Of a stretch of DNA of 40,191 nucleotides, positions 9,049 to 20,208 are shown piece after piece (within the stretch, counting starts at the first letter, position 1; every line of letters starts with the position of its first letter). Under the pieces are notes generated by a model. That model was not told the DNA's origin. It worked only from the letters and a program-made list of their open reading frames with translations, and did not search any database. A program made the position numbers and the translations under genes. The DNA is from a virus (taxonomy: Duplodnaviria > Caudoviricetes), in the IMG/VR virus record IMGVR_UViG_3300027707_000040, positions 1-40,191 of that record; one strand, given 5' to 3'.

Positions 9049-12000
9049 TATAATCCAGTTGTTGCAACCACCTTAAGATTGGCCAAACTTACCACCTCAT
9101 ATGTATTGCTTGAAAGAAATACAATCTTAACAGCAAATGCTAAGAAATCATTTTGAGACGAATTGATTTCATATTCACATTCTGAAAAATCTTCATATGA
9201 CGATGAAATATTAATTAAATTTATTGGTTTTTGCAAAACCCAGCCGCTCGGAATATTTTCGTTGCCATCATATATGAGTTTGGTGAAAACCGCAATGTCG
9301 GCTGCGGCTGATGGACGATTTACATCCATATATACATTTAATTGATTGGCCGGTTTGTCAAGTTTAATAAGCTTTGTAAGATAGCGCGATGTTGCGGCAC
9401 CAGCATCAAATATTGTTTCGCCAACAAGTGAATTGTTCACTTCATTCTTGATGGCCAGCAGTGAAACGCGATCCAAGTCAACAACCGGGCTTACATAATC
9501 GCTGCTTGTGGTAACTGCAGTTGTCAATATGGTATTGGGCGCGCTTGCGCTGTCTATGGTGTAAAGCATATTCAAATCATAGTTTTCATATGCTTCAACT
9601 GGCGAAGTAACTGCAGTAACACCAGTTCCCAGTGTTAGGATGTTATCAATTGTTGTGCTTGGAATATTTAAGTTACTTTGTGTAAGATTTAATGACGATA
9701 ACGTAGCGCTGTCAAGACTTACCGTAAAGTTGCTTAGCAACGTATTGTTTGACGTGCTGCCATTGCTTGTCCAGGTAGTTTGTGTGTTAAACCGCGCTTG
9801 TGTATCATTGCTCCCATATCCTTTGCCACGATCTGTAATGTTTACCGCAAGCACCGCGCCTGTTGAAGGGTCAACCGTAAGAGTTGCGGTTGCTCTCCTA
9901 TAATTGGCGGTGTTTGCGCCGGCTAGCGTACTATCAGCAGGCGCTGGCAATATTACGGTGGCGGTTGGTGTGAATCCGGTATTAACAGCAGACGTTTGTG
10001 CATTGACAACAATGCTTGCCACGCCATCATCAAGAACTGGCTTAAATGATAGTACGCCAGCCGGCACAAACACCGCACGATTTATTTTAAACTTAAGGTC
10101 ACGTGTTTGGTCTGCACTCCATGTGCTGCCATTTTGACTCTTAAAGAATACACCAGCATAAACATTCTTATTGATAGGTTTTTGAGGAGAGCCATATGTT
10201 ACATCAAACCCGTTGTTGTCAGCAACCCAAACTTGATATTTTGGATCGTTTGACATAATCACAATAGCATATTCAGTGTTTGCTTTAAGATATACCGGGT
10301 CACTAAACCTAAAGTTTGTTGCAACTGTAGAATCAGCTGATACACTTATAAGTGGCGTTGCGGTAACACCAGCAGCTGGATAAGGATTCTTTGTGACAAC
10401 CGAAAAAGGAACAATCTTTTGTGTAGGATAGCCATTTTCCATTGTGACAATGTGAATGGTAACTGGGCTTGTGGAACTTATTGCCCTAAAATACAAGTCA
10501 ATGCTTGTAATATATGCGCCAGTTGGTATATTGCTAAGCATAAAGCTTTGTGCCAACGGGTCGTCCCACGTTACTTGAGTGTCCACCAGCGCCAATGATT
10601 CTGAATTCACAATGGTTCTAACCTGCGGAACGCGTGTTGTTATAATATTGGTTTGGTGTGTTTCAGAAATACCAGTTGCGGTATAATCAGTGTTCACAAA
10701 AGTGGTTGCATCAGCTTCAATGTTGCGCGGGCTATCAGTAAGCTTAAATACACGAGAGCCAACCTTAAATTTTAGTGAATTGTTGTTTGGCACCAAGAAA
10801 GCGCCTTCAACTTCACCATAGTCATTGGTAATTAAAGCGCTAGCCGTAAAATCAAGTGCTGGCGCAACTGCTCCTTTGTAATCACGAACCAGAGTAGAGT
10901 CTCTAAAAGGTACAAATGTTGTTGACATTGTGTATGCACCAATATCAATACCGTCAAAGAAAGGGTATACCCGTGTATTTGGCTTTAGTCGCTTAGCGCG
11001 GAAATATACTCTGCGTGACCGCATAAATGGTATAAAGCTAACATCAATTATGCGATCTTCTTTACGTTCAACAATATCGGTAAATGCAAGTGTAGTAAAG
11101 GTGCCTCTTCTACCTATGATACGATCATTAGATGCAACGCGTTGCCGCATTTTAAAGCCGGCCGCCGGATTAAATACGCTGTGAAATCCGCTTTGCCATA
11201 CGCGCGTGGCGCCAGTCCAAGTGGTTGTCCAATTGTTCCATACTTGCCCAAGCACTGTATTTTTAACGGCATTATCAAATGCGGCGGTGCTCAAAACGAT
11301 TTTTTCTTGCAGTGTTGTTACATCTTTCCATTCATCACTGCTAGGACTAAGTTCAATGCTCCCGTTGTAAGTGGTAATTTCATATGGATTAACACTTTCA
11401 TAACTGCTTGCATATGGCTGATTAATCAACACCTCTTCCGTATAATTTAACGTAGCAATATTTTCACCAACGCGAATACCTATTTGTGACGCGATGTCAC
11501 GCTTAAAATCAACACGACGCGTTGAAAATGATGGGCGCGCTATACCTTGCTGTGGATCTATTGAACAATTATATGCAGCATTAAGGTTATCGCCAACATT
11601 ATGATTTACAAAGCCATCAGTTAGCACTGCGTTTTTAAATCGTGAGCCAAGTATATCAGTAATTACTTTATTTTGGGCAGCCATTTCAAGCTTTGACAAT
11701 TCAGTATATGTCTCAAGGCTTATCATTCTTGACTCAAGCGCACCAATATCACGCATGGTATACCGGCGATTATCAATGTAATGTATTTTAATGTCAGCGG
11801 TGTCATACGTATATGCAGGAATTTCTAACTTGTATAGCGTCATGCTGTTGGCCAGAGGCTTGGGATCAACAGGCGCTATTGCAGGTGTTCCTTTTTGAAT
11901 TTTAAATGTCGCGTCACTGCACACCACCAGTTGGTCAATACGCGAATAATAAACTACGCTTTTTGACAATAGCGCGCTGCCAGGATCAATTTGTTGCTTT

Positions 12001-14624
12001 GTGCTAGTTGCACTTGCACCGGACAATATGATTGGGCGAAAATCAATCACGTCTGATAGACGCGTTCCAGCAAATGAAGGAATGGTATCATATGTTAATC
12101 CGCCCGCAATATTTGTGCTGCTGTTGTAACTATCAACTGTAGTAAATCCATTGATATCGGCTCCATTGCGGCTCAAGTAACTATATGTAAATATTATGGT
12201 ATCGGTAGAAACAAACACGCGCGTACCATTATACTTTACTTTAACATTTGTATAATAGTTTGAACGCTGCCCATCATCACTAATTGTACAATCGGACAAA
12301 ATATCAATTGGCGTGGCCACGCCACTTTTTGTTAATGTAACAGCCGTAAGTTTAAATACATCAGCTTGGCTTAATGTAAATTCTGTGACAGCTTGTGTTA
12401 CTGTTCCAGTTCCAGAACCGCTGGTGCCTGAAGTTGTTGCAACAAATACCGTGCCAGCAGTGCTATTGATTGCTCCAAAATTGGTAAAAATGGTTGAGCC
12501 TGGAGCTAAAATTTGATAACGGTTACCTGCAATAATAGCAGTTGCATTTACTGTACTTGAAATAGCATTTGCTGTAAATGATTGACTTGCGCTAACCAAT
12601 GTTTTTGTAATTGCTGTTTCACCATTATCGTCCGCGCCATCCATCAGAACTGGTATAACCGCACTCCATGCACCGGTTGCACCGCCTGATCCCACCGGAA
12701 TACCACTTGTTGTGATATTCGCAGATGGCACAACAAAAGATCCATTGATATTTAAAATTACATTGCCTGGGCTGCCATCAACAATTGCGCCACCGCTTGG
12801 TATGTCAAGCGGGAGAGTTGTCATACTAGTTGTTCTGACACCGCTTGCGACATGTCTTAAGATATACTTAACACCAGTTACACTTTTCACTGCGGTGTAT
12901 GGTAGTGGGAAAATTGCAGTATCACTTGTGGTTTCAGAGAGTGCTTTAGTTATGCTAAAATTAAATGTGTCAGCCGTTAAATATAAACGATTAAGTTGTG
13001 CTATATTTGCCGTTGTACCAGCCGCCATTTGAATGTCATATAGGTATATACGATATGTAGTTCCTCCTTCCAATTCAACTGTCTTTATCTTGCATGTGGC
13101 TGGTACAGTTGTTAATGACCCAAATGTAAGAATTGGCGTAGTAACCCCTCCACCACTTCCTGTACTTCCTGTTACTGTAATTGTGTTTGCTGAGGCATTG
13201 ATTGATGCAATGGTGCAACCAATAGAATTTACTGTAACAGGCATGCCAACCACAAGTCCTGCGGTTCCAGATAATATGTAAATTGATGCAGAGCCAGCTG
13301 TAACAGTTGCTTGCTTGGTTACCGACAATACATTTAAGTTAAATCGTTTTGTAATGTCTGTTGTATTTGGCAACAGTGAGCTGGCATCAAATGTGCCCAA
13401 CACATAATTACCCGTTGCAGCTGAAGTATTTGATAACAATGCCGATGGACTGGTGTCACGCGCTTTTGTTGCATTAATGTCATACTTGGCATTAAGAACA
13501 ACACGATGCCCTTCAACATATGCAGTTGACTTGTCAACTTCTAATGAATAGCGTGCTTTTGCGTCGGTTACCCAACCGGTTAAACTTTCACCTGGCAATA
13601 GCGACGTGCCATACCCAGCTTTATCGAGATTTTCAGCTGTAAAGCGCCCAATATTGGATCCGTCGTCATACAATTCGCGCACATTTATTTTAAACGGGTC
13701 AAGTACATAATTTCCGCTTTCTTCAAATGTACGCTCTGCTAATTTTTTATCAAAGCTTGAGGTGCGCTCATCAACAGTTGCGGTTGGAACACTGTTTACA
13801 ATATTCTTTAATACAATTTTTGCAACGCTATCTTCAGTTACAACGTCGGTGGCATCAAAGCCCAATACCAAATCTATAGAATAGCGGTCTGCTCCTGGCG
13901 CACTAGCATTTGGAGAGTCTGCCGCGTTGTCAAGCAATGTAGAATCCTCATATGATGTTATATATTGTTCCAGCACGGTCAATACCGCGTTGCCAACCAC
14001 AGTTTGATTTTGTGATGCTAGCGTAAAGAAATATTCTTGCGCGGGCGATGCAACAAAACTCCCTTTGGTAAAGAATATACCAGCTGCCATATATATGGCG
14101 CATGCATAACCAGTGGTGTTTAATGCTACGTTTGTATTAGCGTTTGTGGATAGTGTTGCAACACCGGTAAAGTTGGATATGTTTGTTTGGCCAGCGCTAG
14201 AAATAGCTGAGGTGCGGTATCTTATATAAAATCTGTACCTAAAGCCCAACACCAATTCATATTTTAAAACGTCAGCTGTTATGGTGGTGTTTCCTACTGC
14301 CGTATATGATAAAGTTAAAATGCCTGCCAATGCAGCTGCGCTAGGAGCAGTTGTAAACGTAACTTCAACATATTGTATATCTTTTGAAAATGTTGTTTCG
14401 CCACCAGTAACAGCAACATTATCATTCCATATGCTGCGGCCAAATTTATCAATTTGACTCTGCAGCATACTCTGCATTTGATTTAACTCTCTAGCCTGAA
14501 CACTATAAGCAGGTTTAAAGAGTATGCGCAAATAGTTTTTATCATTTGGCGTTAACGCAGGCGTATTGCTATCAGGCGTATTAAAATCGTCGTGATAGGT
14601 GGAATTGTTTGTGGTAATTGCCAT
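9048..14624 (-). CDS. Large virion structural protein (DUF4815 / VrlC-like)
   Basis: YHDDF...KNYLRILFKP..SVQARELNQMQS.LQ.QI, APGADRY, RTFEESGNY, RRYTMRDIG.LE.R, DPLAQSF and FFKSQNGSTW motifs. Confidence 0.88.
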   Translation of the reverse strand: MAITTNNSTYHDDFNTPDSNTPALTPNDKNYLRILFKPAYSVQARELNQMQSMLQSQIDKFGRSIWNDNVAVTGGETTFSKDIQYVEVTFTTAPSAAALAGILTLSYTAVGNTTITADVLKYELVLGFRYRFYIRYRTSAISSAGQTNISNFTGVATLSTNANTNVALNTTGYACAIYMAAGIFFTKGSFVASPAQEYFFTLASQNQTVVGNAVLTVLEQYITSYEDSTLLDNAADSPNASAPGADRYSIDLVLGFDATDVVTEDSVAKIVLKNIVNSVPTATVDERTSSFDKKLAERTFEESGNYVLDPFKINVRELYDDGSNIGRFTAENLDKAGYGTSLLPGESLTGWVTDAKARYSLEVDKSTAYVEGHRVVLNAKYDINATKARDTSPSALLSNTSAATGNYVLGTFDASSLLPNTTDITKRFNLNVLSVTKQATVTAGSASIYILSGTAGLVVGMPVTVNSIGCTIASINASANTITVTGSTGSGGGVTTPILTFGSLTTVPATCKIKTVELEGGTTYRIYLYDIQMAAGTTANIAQLNRLYLTADTFNFSITKALSETTSDTAIFPLPYTAVKSVTGVKYILRHVASGVRTTSMTTLPLDIPSGGAIVDGSPGNVILNINGSFVVPSANITTSGIPVGSGGATGAWSAVIPVLMDGADDNGETAITKTLVSASQSFTANAISSTVNATAIIAGNRYQILAPGSTIFTNFGAINSTAGTVFVATTSGTSGSGTGTVTQAVTEFTLSQADVFKLTAVTLTKSGVATPIDILSDCTISDDGQRSNYYTNVKVKYNGTRVFVSTDTIIFTYSYLSRNGADINGFTTVDSYNSSTNIAGGLTYDTIPSFAGTRLSDVIDFRPIILSGASATSTKQQIDPGSALLSKSVVYYSRIDQLVVCSDATFKIQKGTPAIAPVDPKPLANSMTLYKLEIPAYTYDTADIKIHYIDNRRYTMRDIGALESRMISLETYTELSKLEMAAQNKVITDILGSRFKNAVLTDGFVNHNVGDNLNAAYNCSIDPQQGIARPSFSTRRVDFKRDIASQIGIRVGENIATLNYTEEVLINQPYASSYESVNPYEITTYNGSIELSPSSDEWKDVTTLQEKIVLSTAAFDNAVKNTVLGQVWNNWTTTWTGATRVWQSGFHSVFNPAAGFKMRQRVASNDRIIGRRGTFTTLAFTDIVERKEDRIIDVSFIPFMRSRRVYFRAKRLKPNTRVYPFFDGIDIGAYTMSTTFVPFRDSTLVRDYKGAVAPALDFTASALITNDYGEVEGAFLVPNNNSLKFKVGSRVFKLTDSPRNIEADATTFVNTDYTATGISETHQTNIITTRVPQVRTIVNSESLALVDTQVTWDDPLAQSFMLSNIPTGAYITSIDLYFRAISSTSPVTIHIVTMENGYPTQKIVPFSVVTKNPYPAAGVTATPLISVSADSTVATNFRFSDPVYLKANTEYAIVIMSNDPKYQVWVADNNGFDVTYGSPQKPINKNVYAGVFFKSQNGSTWSADQTRDLKFKINRAVFVPAGVLSFKPVLDDGVASIVVNAQTSAVNTGFTPTATVILPAPADSTLAGANTANYRRATATLTVDPSTGAVLAVNITDRGKGYGSNDTQARFNTQTTWTSNGSTSNNTLLSNFTVSLDSATLSSLNLTQSNLNIPSTTIDNILTLGTGVTAVTSPVEAYENYDLNMLYTIDSASAPNTILTTAVTTSSDYVSPVVDLDRVSLLAIKNEVNNSLVGETIFDAGAATSRYLTKLIKLDKPANQLNVYMDVNRPSAAADIAVFTKLIYDGNENIPSGWVLQKPINLINISSSYEDFSECEYEINSSQNDFLAFAVKIVFLSSNTYEVVSLANLKVVATTGL

Positions 14625-16144
14625 TAGAATTGAATGATAATTTTAATATTTTCAGTTTGTGTATTACTGCGTGTAATTTTTCTGCGGTTTTCAACAAAAA
14701 GAACATCGCCGCGGCTAAATGTAGCCGCAGAGTCGGTTATTTCTGCATTGTCAAGCGAAGCGACCGTATTGCTGTATGATACGGTTGTATTTCCTAGAGA
14801 AATTACGCCGCGCGCATCCATTGACCCAACCGACACACTTTTGATGGTAGTACTCAATTCACTAAACCCGCTCCAATAGTTTTGGTGATAATATAATTTA
14901 TCGTTGTCGGGGTCATACTTATCAACAACGCCAACCACTGTGAGTCGGCCGCTAAGATTATCGCTGATCGTCCCGCCGGTTCCTGTGCGTGTTTGACAAA
15001 GTAATGCACCTTCAACGAGCTCGGCGGCTAACCCATTTGTTAAATCCGTGCCTGCCAAATACTTTAATGCATTGTATGTTGAATCAATTGCCGTCGCGTT
15101 TGGATTTTTAATAACCGAAATTTGTCGGTAGCCATTATAAAAAGTGTCGTTGCCTATTGCACTTAATGTTGCTTGCAAACTGGCAAACCATGATGGCATT
15201 ACATCAAACGGGTTGTAACCAAACCCGCTGCTTGGCGCAACAATTGGCGCAACTATTGCCGGATAGTCGCCAGGCACCACCGCGGCGGTTGATATGATTC
15301 GCACGCTCCCTTTGATTATTCCTTTGTACGCACCAACACCAACTGGTAATGTTACGCTCGTGATTACTTTGTACCCACCCACTATGCTCCAGCTAATGTT
15401 GCTTGAAGTAATCGCTATGACGGTGTCTCCAACATTTGTGACGATGCCGTCGTCGCTCAAATACAAATATCCAGTTAATGTCGCGGCTTGCGGATAGCGT
15501 CCACCGTTAATTACATGTAAACCAGTAAGTGCACCACCACTGCCACCTTTTACGGTTGCGGCAGCGGGTGTGGTGATTGCGGTTAGCGCCGTGGTTCTTA
15601 TTTCCACAAACAAATCAGAGGATGGCGAAGTGATTTCCTGTACCAGCACCCAGTAACTAGCGGTGGCACCGGCGCCAACGGTAGCGATGCCGTAGGTGAC
15701 GTCGGTTGGCACACTGGCCAGTGTGGTGGTGGATGTGGCTTTGCCAACACACACATACAAAAATGAGCTGACGGCACTAACAATTCGTAAACCATAGCAG
15801 GGCAATAAACTGTTTGCGGTGTCAGGCAAAAAGCATGACGAATCATGCGAGTTGTATGTCTTGTATTCCGCGCCAACCGTAAGCGCAACACTTGGTATAA
15901 CAATTTTTGCAGTGTCGGCGCCACTCCCTAATTTTTGCAATGCCTGCAAATTGTTTAACACTTCAAGAGAATCAGAATATCCTCCAGTTGAAGAAGGGAC
16001 GGGGTATGAAGTATCTTCATAGGCATCCCACCGGTCAGACCGCCCAATGCCTATGAAATATTTGTTGGTCGCGCCGCCGACAATATCATCAACAAAAGCT
16101 TTTGCGTTTGATCTGCGGAATGTATCTGTAATAATTGCTGACAT
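14624..16144 (-). CDS. gp8: Baseplate wedge subunit gp8
   Basis: MSAIITDTFR..NA..F start, YRQISVIKNP, and C-terminal GDVLFVENRRKITR...QTENIKIIIQF. Confidence 0.85.
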   Translation of the reverse strand: MSAIITDTFRRSNAKAFVDDIVGGATNKYFIGIGRSDRWDAYEDTSYPVPSSTGGYSDSLEVLNNLQALQKLGSGADTAKIVIPSVALTVGAEYKTYNSHDSSCFLPDTANSLLPCYGLRIVSAVSSFLYVCVGKATSTTTLASVPTDVTYGIATVGAGATASYWVLVQEITSPSSDLFVEIRTTALTAITTPAAATVKGGSGGALTGLHVINGGRYPQAATLTGYLYLSDDGIVTNVGDTVIAITSSNISWSIVGGYKVITSVTLPVGVGAYKGIIKGSVRIISTAAVVPGDYPAIVAPIVAPSSGFGYNPFDVMPSWFASLQATLSAIGNDTFYNGYRQISVIKNPNATAIDSTYNALKYLAGTDLTNGLAAELVEGALLCQTRTGTGGTISDNLSGRLTVVGVVDKYDPDNDKLYYHQNYWSGFSELSTTIKSVSVGSMDARGVISLGNTTVSYSNTVASLDNAEITDSAATFSRGDVLFVENRRKITRSNTQTENIKIIIQF

Positions 16145-16163
16145 ATTTTATTTTTATTAAATC

Positions 16164-16171
16164 TATTTATA
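16164..16171 (-). promoter_or_regulatory. T4-type late promoter TATAAATA
   Basis: tatttata at 16164-16171 in the gp7-gp8 intergenic gap. Confidence 0.75.
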
Positions 16172-16194
16172 TGAGTGCGGTTGGCGTTGTGCTG

Positions 16195-17859
16195 TTATGT
16201 CGTCGGTTTTTGAATTACATATGACGAAAGATTGCGCCTGATGCCATATTGCGAAGCTGAATAATACGGCTCGGTAAACTGCTCGATGGTGCTGTTTAAA
16301 ACAGCACTATCCAAACTAGCGGGGTCGCGAAACTTTAATGCGCTATCATACGCTGCAGCATTCATGGTGCGCTCATTTTGCGGTGTGCCATTTGCGTTTT
16401 CTATTAATCTTATATTTAGCGCAACATATCCGGCGTGTGCAAAAACTTTAGCAGCGGTGCTGTTGTTGTCCAAATTGCTATTTACTAGTGTGGTGAATGA
16501 TAGCTGTTTATTGCGATTCCATCCCGGCTGATATTTTGGCGAATGCTGGTGATTTTGTGCTTTATCCCAAATTAGAGAAGATAACCATGAATTGGGATCA
16601 GACGCCGTTTGTAAAAAATAATAATCTTCAATTGGATTATTCCATTCATTGGCGCTAAACACTTGCAAAAAAAGCTGTGCAAACAATTTTAATCCGGCCG
16701 GGTGAACAAATCTTAAATACTGATCAAGCCAAACTGATGAATCAATTGGCGAATTGATAGCGTATGAATGCAATTGCCAATAATAGCTGTCCTGAATTTT
16801 ATCAGTGTTTGAAGGCATACCTCGCACGTTTTCATACTGCCATTCCTGAAACGGCTCCCACACTATACTGCGGCCAACCGCAGTGCCAGCATCTGTACAT
16901 TTGTATACAACGCGCCGATGGCCGGATCCAACAGCTGCATACATATTACCATTGATTGGCACCGTGGCTGGAGGTGATGCATCGCCAGTGACAAATGAAA
17001 TAACCGGTGTACCTGTAGCGCTTCCTTGCGCGGTCCATAGCGAACTGGCCGTCGGCGCTTGAGCCTCACCCTCGCCTGTGGTGTTCCACCACTTTGCTAT
17101 ACTGGCACCAGCACTGGTTTTTTTTTCCAATACCCACCTTAGGCTGTCATAATACATTGCATCAGTATATGTAGCAGTGGCAGAAATTACACCGCCGTTG
17201 GTATATGCCATTTTGCCGTTATAAAAGCCAACAAAACTCAATGTATCAAAAGTAACCACTGTGGAACCATTGCTTGTTAATGGCACAGCTATTGTTAAAA
17301 TTTGATTGACAGCGCCCGCAGTAAATACCTCGTTGGTAAAATTAAGAACCTGTTCAATAGTAAATACGTTTATTTTATCAGGAATACCGTTGACCGGTGC
17401 ACTTGTCAATTGCGTTGGCTCCACAGCGTAGGTTATTCGTTTAAACTTACCTGATGAAGGCGTAAACAGCTGATCTTTAGGGTATGATACACTTACAATT
17501 ATATTTAAAAATATTTTAAAGAAGGCCGCAATACTTTCTTCTGAACCGCGCGTATTGTAATATTTTACAATTATCTTATAGAGCGATACCTTATCCAACA
17601 CCGTGCTGTTGGGTATATTTAGTGCAATAAGTTCACGTATATTGTCAAGATAAAGATTTGATGGTGTATCAATATCTTTATCTGTTATAATGCCGCCAAT
17701 TTCGCTTGAAGGCAATCCAACAGTGTTAATGTATTCATAATACTTTTCTATGAAAGCAATCAAGTTTGCTGCGCTACCTTGAATATTAGATGGCAACAGA
17801 GATTGTGTACGCGCACTTTCCAAGTTGCGCGGGCGGCCGTCAGCAATACTTAATAACAT
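16195..17859 (-). CDS. gp7: Baseplate wedge initiator gp7-like
   Basis: FIEKYYEY, YNTRGSEESI..FFKIF, KIQDSYYWQLHSYAI and FVHPAGLKLF motifs; located between gp6 and gp8. Confidence 0.8.
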   Translation of the reverse strand: MLLSIADGRPRNLESARTQSLLPSNIQGSAANLIAFIEKYYEYINTVGLPSSEIGGIITDKDIDTPSNLYLDNIRELIALNIPNSTVLDKVSLYKIIVKYYNTRGSEESIAAFFKIFLNIIVSVSYPKDQLFTPSSGKFKRITYAVEPTQLTSAPVNGIPDKINVFTIEQVLNFTNEVFTAGAVNQILTIAVPLTSNGSTVVTFDTLSFVGFYNGKMAYTNGGVISATATYTDAMYYDSLRWVLEKKTSAGASIAKWWNTTGEGEAQAPTASSLWTAQGSATGTPVISFVTGDASPPATVPINGNMYAAVGSGHRRVVYKCTDAGTAVGRSIVWEPFQEWQYENVRGMPSNTDKIQDSYYWQLHSYAINSPIDSSVWLDQYLRFVHPAGLKLFAQLFLQVFSANEWNNPIEDYYFLQTASDPNSWLSSLIWDKAQNHQHSPKYQPGWNRNKQLSFTTLVNSNLDNNSTAAKVFAHAGYVALNIRLIENANGTPQNERTMNAAAYDSALKFRDPASLDSAVLNSTIEQFTEPYYSASQYGIRRNLSSYVIQKPTT

Positions 17860-17864
17860 ACACT

Positions 17865-19742
17865 TTATCGGTCTCGTTTGAATGTGGTATAATCAGCGTT
17901 GCGGCTGCTGCCGCCCACTGCAATGCTATCATTTTCTGCATAAACACTAAGCTTTGCTGCGTTGATTGTAATAAGTTGATTGCGCTTTGGCGCAATATCA
18001 TTGCTAGCTGGTATAATATCCAAAATAATGTCATAGTACTCGTCCGCATAAATAGAATCAATTTCAAATTTGCCAGTAACAACATTTATATTTCCAGCAT
18101 TAGCATTTATTTTTATTCGGCTATTTGTATTTTGATCTATATAGTAAGTATACAATCTGCGATATGTAGAGTCGCCAGTTATTGATTCGTCACCCAAAAA
18201 GCATTCGGTAGACTTTATTTTAAATCCCGTACAATTGACAATGGTATGACCAGATTGGTCATTGCTTAGTGGCATGTTAAATTGCAGCACCGTGCGCTGT
18301 TGATTTTGTGGGTCAATTGCAAAAGTGCCTGACAAATTGCTAACATATACTCTTACCATCGAATTTAAAACGGCCGGACTATAATTGTCAATTGCTCTTA
18401 AGAGAGAGGAATGCCTGAATACGCCGTCAAATTGTTCCAGGTATGTGGTATTAAACTTTATTATGGTTTGTCGTATTTCGTTTTCAATTTCTCCTTTTGA
18501 AAGATTTGTTTTGCTATCATTATATTTAAAGAACACATCAAGCGTCAAATTTATATAAGTAGGATCGACAAATTCTATTCCTATGCTTAGCACTTTCTTA
18601 GGTCTAAGAATAGCGCGAATGGCGTCTTCCTGAATATCTGAGAGTGTTAAAGATTCTGTTGGTTTTATACACAAAAAGGTTTTGCCATATTGAGGAGGAT
18701 CATTGTCTTCTCCTCCCCATACCGCTACACTTTGTGCCGCAGCAAAAGATGCTAAAATAAGTGTTTTATAATCATCAGCCGTCACTGCGCGGTTTTGACT
18801 AACAAATGATGCTGGTGCGTTGAATCTTACGCTTTCAATATCTTCTTTGTCCGATCCACTGCCAGATGCGCTAACTAAGGTTATTGTGTTTTGACTATAA
18901 TTATTATTTAGCACACTTACATTGTCTACTAAAGAAAATACGTTTGCGCCATTTGAATCAGCACCGCTAGTTGTTAGATATTCAATTTCAACAACACTTA
19001 AATTGTTGGGCCTTTTCCCAAATACGTCATTGCCAAAAGAAATTTGATATTTGCCATAAATATTTTCATCAGCAAAATAAATTTGTGAATTGCTGCCAGT
19101 TTCACCAATATTTGCCTCAGTGTATTTGGTATATGTAGTTGCGCTAGTTGATGACACCGAATCATACACACGAACAATTAGTGTGGACATGTCTATATTG
19201 GCATCGTCAATTTGATAAACAAGGCGTTCAGTAACACTGTTTACTTGATAGCGTTTTGTATCAACCGTGCCTTGATGTATATCAATGTTTTTTGTATACT
19301 GATTTGAGCCGCTAACATGTGGCAGTACGGTTTCATCAAGATTTACAAAATAATATGTGTTATCGTTTAGAACTGTTTTAAATCGCGTGCCGCGGGGCAA
19401 AAGTATACCACTGCTTTGAATGGGTACACTAGCTGCATATGTTAATGTTAATGTTAATCTGGCGGTTGCTGCTGATTTGCTGCGAGGTATATAACCAACC
19501 AATTTGGCATTTGAAACAACACTGCTGCGCAATTGCGCGCTATCAATAAATGTTTCGTTTAATGCCATGTGCGCTAGCAATGCATTGTAATGTGTATTGT
19601 ACGCAAGAATATCAATAAGCTGATTAAGACCGCTTCCACTATAATTCCAATCTTTAAATTGAGAATCGGATGTAGAAAAATACGAAATTAAATTTGCTTT
19701 GATTGCATCAAAATCCAATTCGGTTACATTAAGTGTTTGCAT
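17865..19742 (-). CDS. gp6: Baseplate wedge subunit gp6
   Basis: LDFDAIK.NL..Y...FKDWNY.GSGL..LIDILAYNTHYNA, QNRAVTADDY and VWGGEDNDPPQYGK. Confidence 0.95.
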   Translation of the reverse strand: MQTLNVTELDFDAIKANLISYFSTSDSQFKDWNYSGSGLNQLIDILAYNTHYNALLAHMALNETFIDSAQLRSSVVSNAKLVGYIPRSKSAATARLTLTLTYAASVPIQSSGILLPRGTRFKTVLNDNTYYFVNLDETVLPHVSGSNQYTKNIDIHQGTVDTKRYQVNSVTERLVYQIDDANIDMSTLIVRVYDSVSSTSATTYTKYTEANIGETGSNSQIYFADENIYGKYQISFGNDVFGKRPNNLSVVEIEYLTTSGADSNGANVFSLVDNVSVLNNNYSQNTITLVSASGSGSDKEDIESVRFNAPASFVSQNRAVTADDYKTLILASFAAAQSVAVWGGEDNDPPQYGKTFLCIKPTESLTLSDIQEDAIRAILRPKKVLSIGIEFVDPTYINLTLDVFFKYNDSKTNLSKGEIENEIRQTIIKFNTTYLEQFDGVFRHSSLLRAIDNYSPAVLNSMVRVYVSNLSGTFAIDPQNQQRTVLQFNMPLSNDQSGHTIVNCTGFKIKSTECFLGDESITGDSTYRRLYTYYIDQNTNSRIKINANAGNINVVTGKFEIDSIYADEYYDIILDIIPASNDIAPKRNQLITINAAKLSVYAENDSIAVGGSSRNADYTTFKRDR

Positions 19743-19758
19743 TGTTTTGGTTTTGGTG

Positions 19759-20193
19759 TTAGCGTAAGCGGTCTAGATAAAATTGTACTTCTATTTTTTG
19801 ATCATACAATACAGTAAATTCTATGTTTATTGCATACGCATTTTGAAAGCTATCATCAATAATTTCAACTCCAATATTTTTAATTCTTGGCTCGTCATTA
19901 AGCGCGCGCAAAATGGCGTCTCTTAAAGATATTATAGTAAACGCGTTGACCGGTTCAAACAGCAAGGTATTTACGCCGCCACCCAGCTCTGGATGAAATG
20001 GCCGTTCATACATGCCAGCTAGCACTAAGTTTTTAACACTTGCTCTGACTGCGTCAATATCAGTAATAGGGCGAATATCTTTTAATGTCGGATGAATTAA
20101 AAACGTCAAGTCCAAATCGGAATATAATCCAGTTTTTGCTACAACTGACGCTGCAATTGGTGAAGAATTGTAATCCGATAAACCTTTACTCAT
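19759..20193 (-). CDS. gp25: Baseplate wedge subunit gp25
   Basis: YSDLDLTF..HP...DI....DIDAVRASVKNLV....ERPFHPELG....LLFEP...EPRI. Confidence 0.92.
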   Translation of the reverse strand: MSKGLSDYNSSPIAASVVAKTGLYSDLDLTFLIHPTLKDIRPITDIDAVRASVKNLVLAGMYERPFHPELGGGVNTLLFEPVNAFTIISLRDAILRALNDEPRIKNIGVEIIDDSFQNAYAINIEFTVLYDQKIEVQFYLDRLR

Positions 20194-20200
20194 TACCTTA

Positions 20201-20208
20201 TATTTATA
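20201..20208 (-). promoter_or_regulatory. T4-type late promoter TATAAATA
   Basis: tatttata at 20201-20208, 7 nt upstream of the gp25 ATG. Confidence 0.8.
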
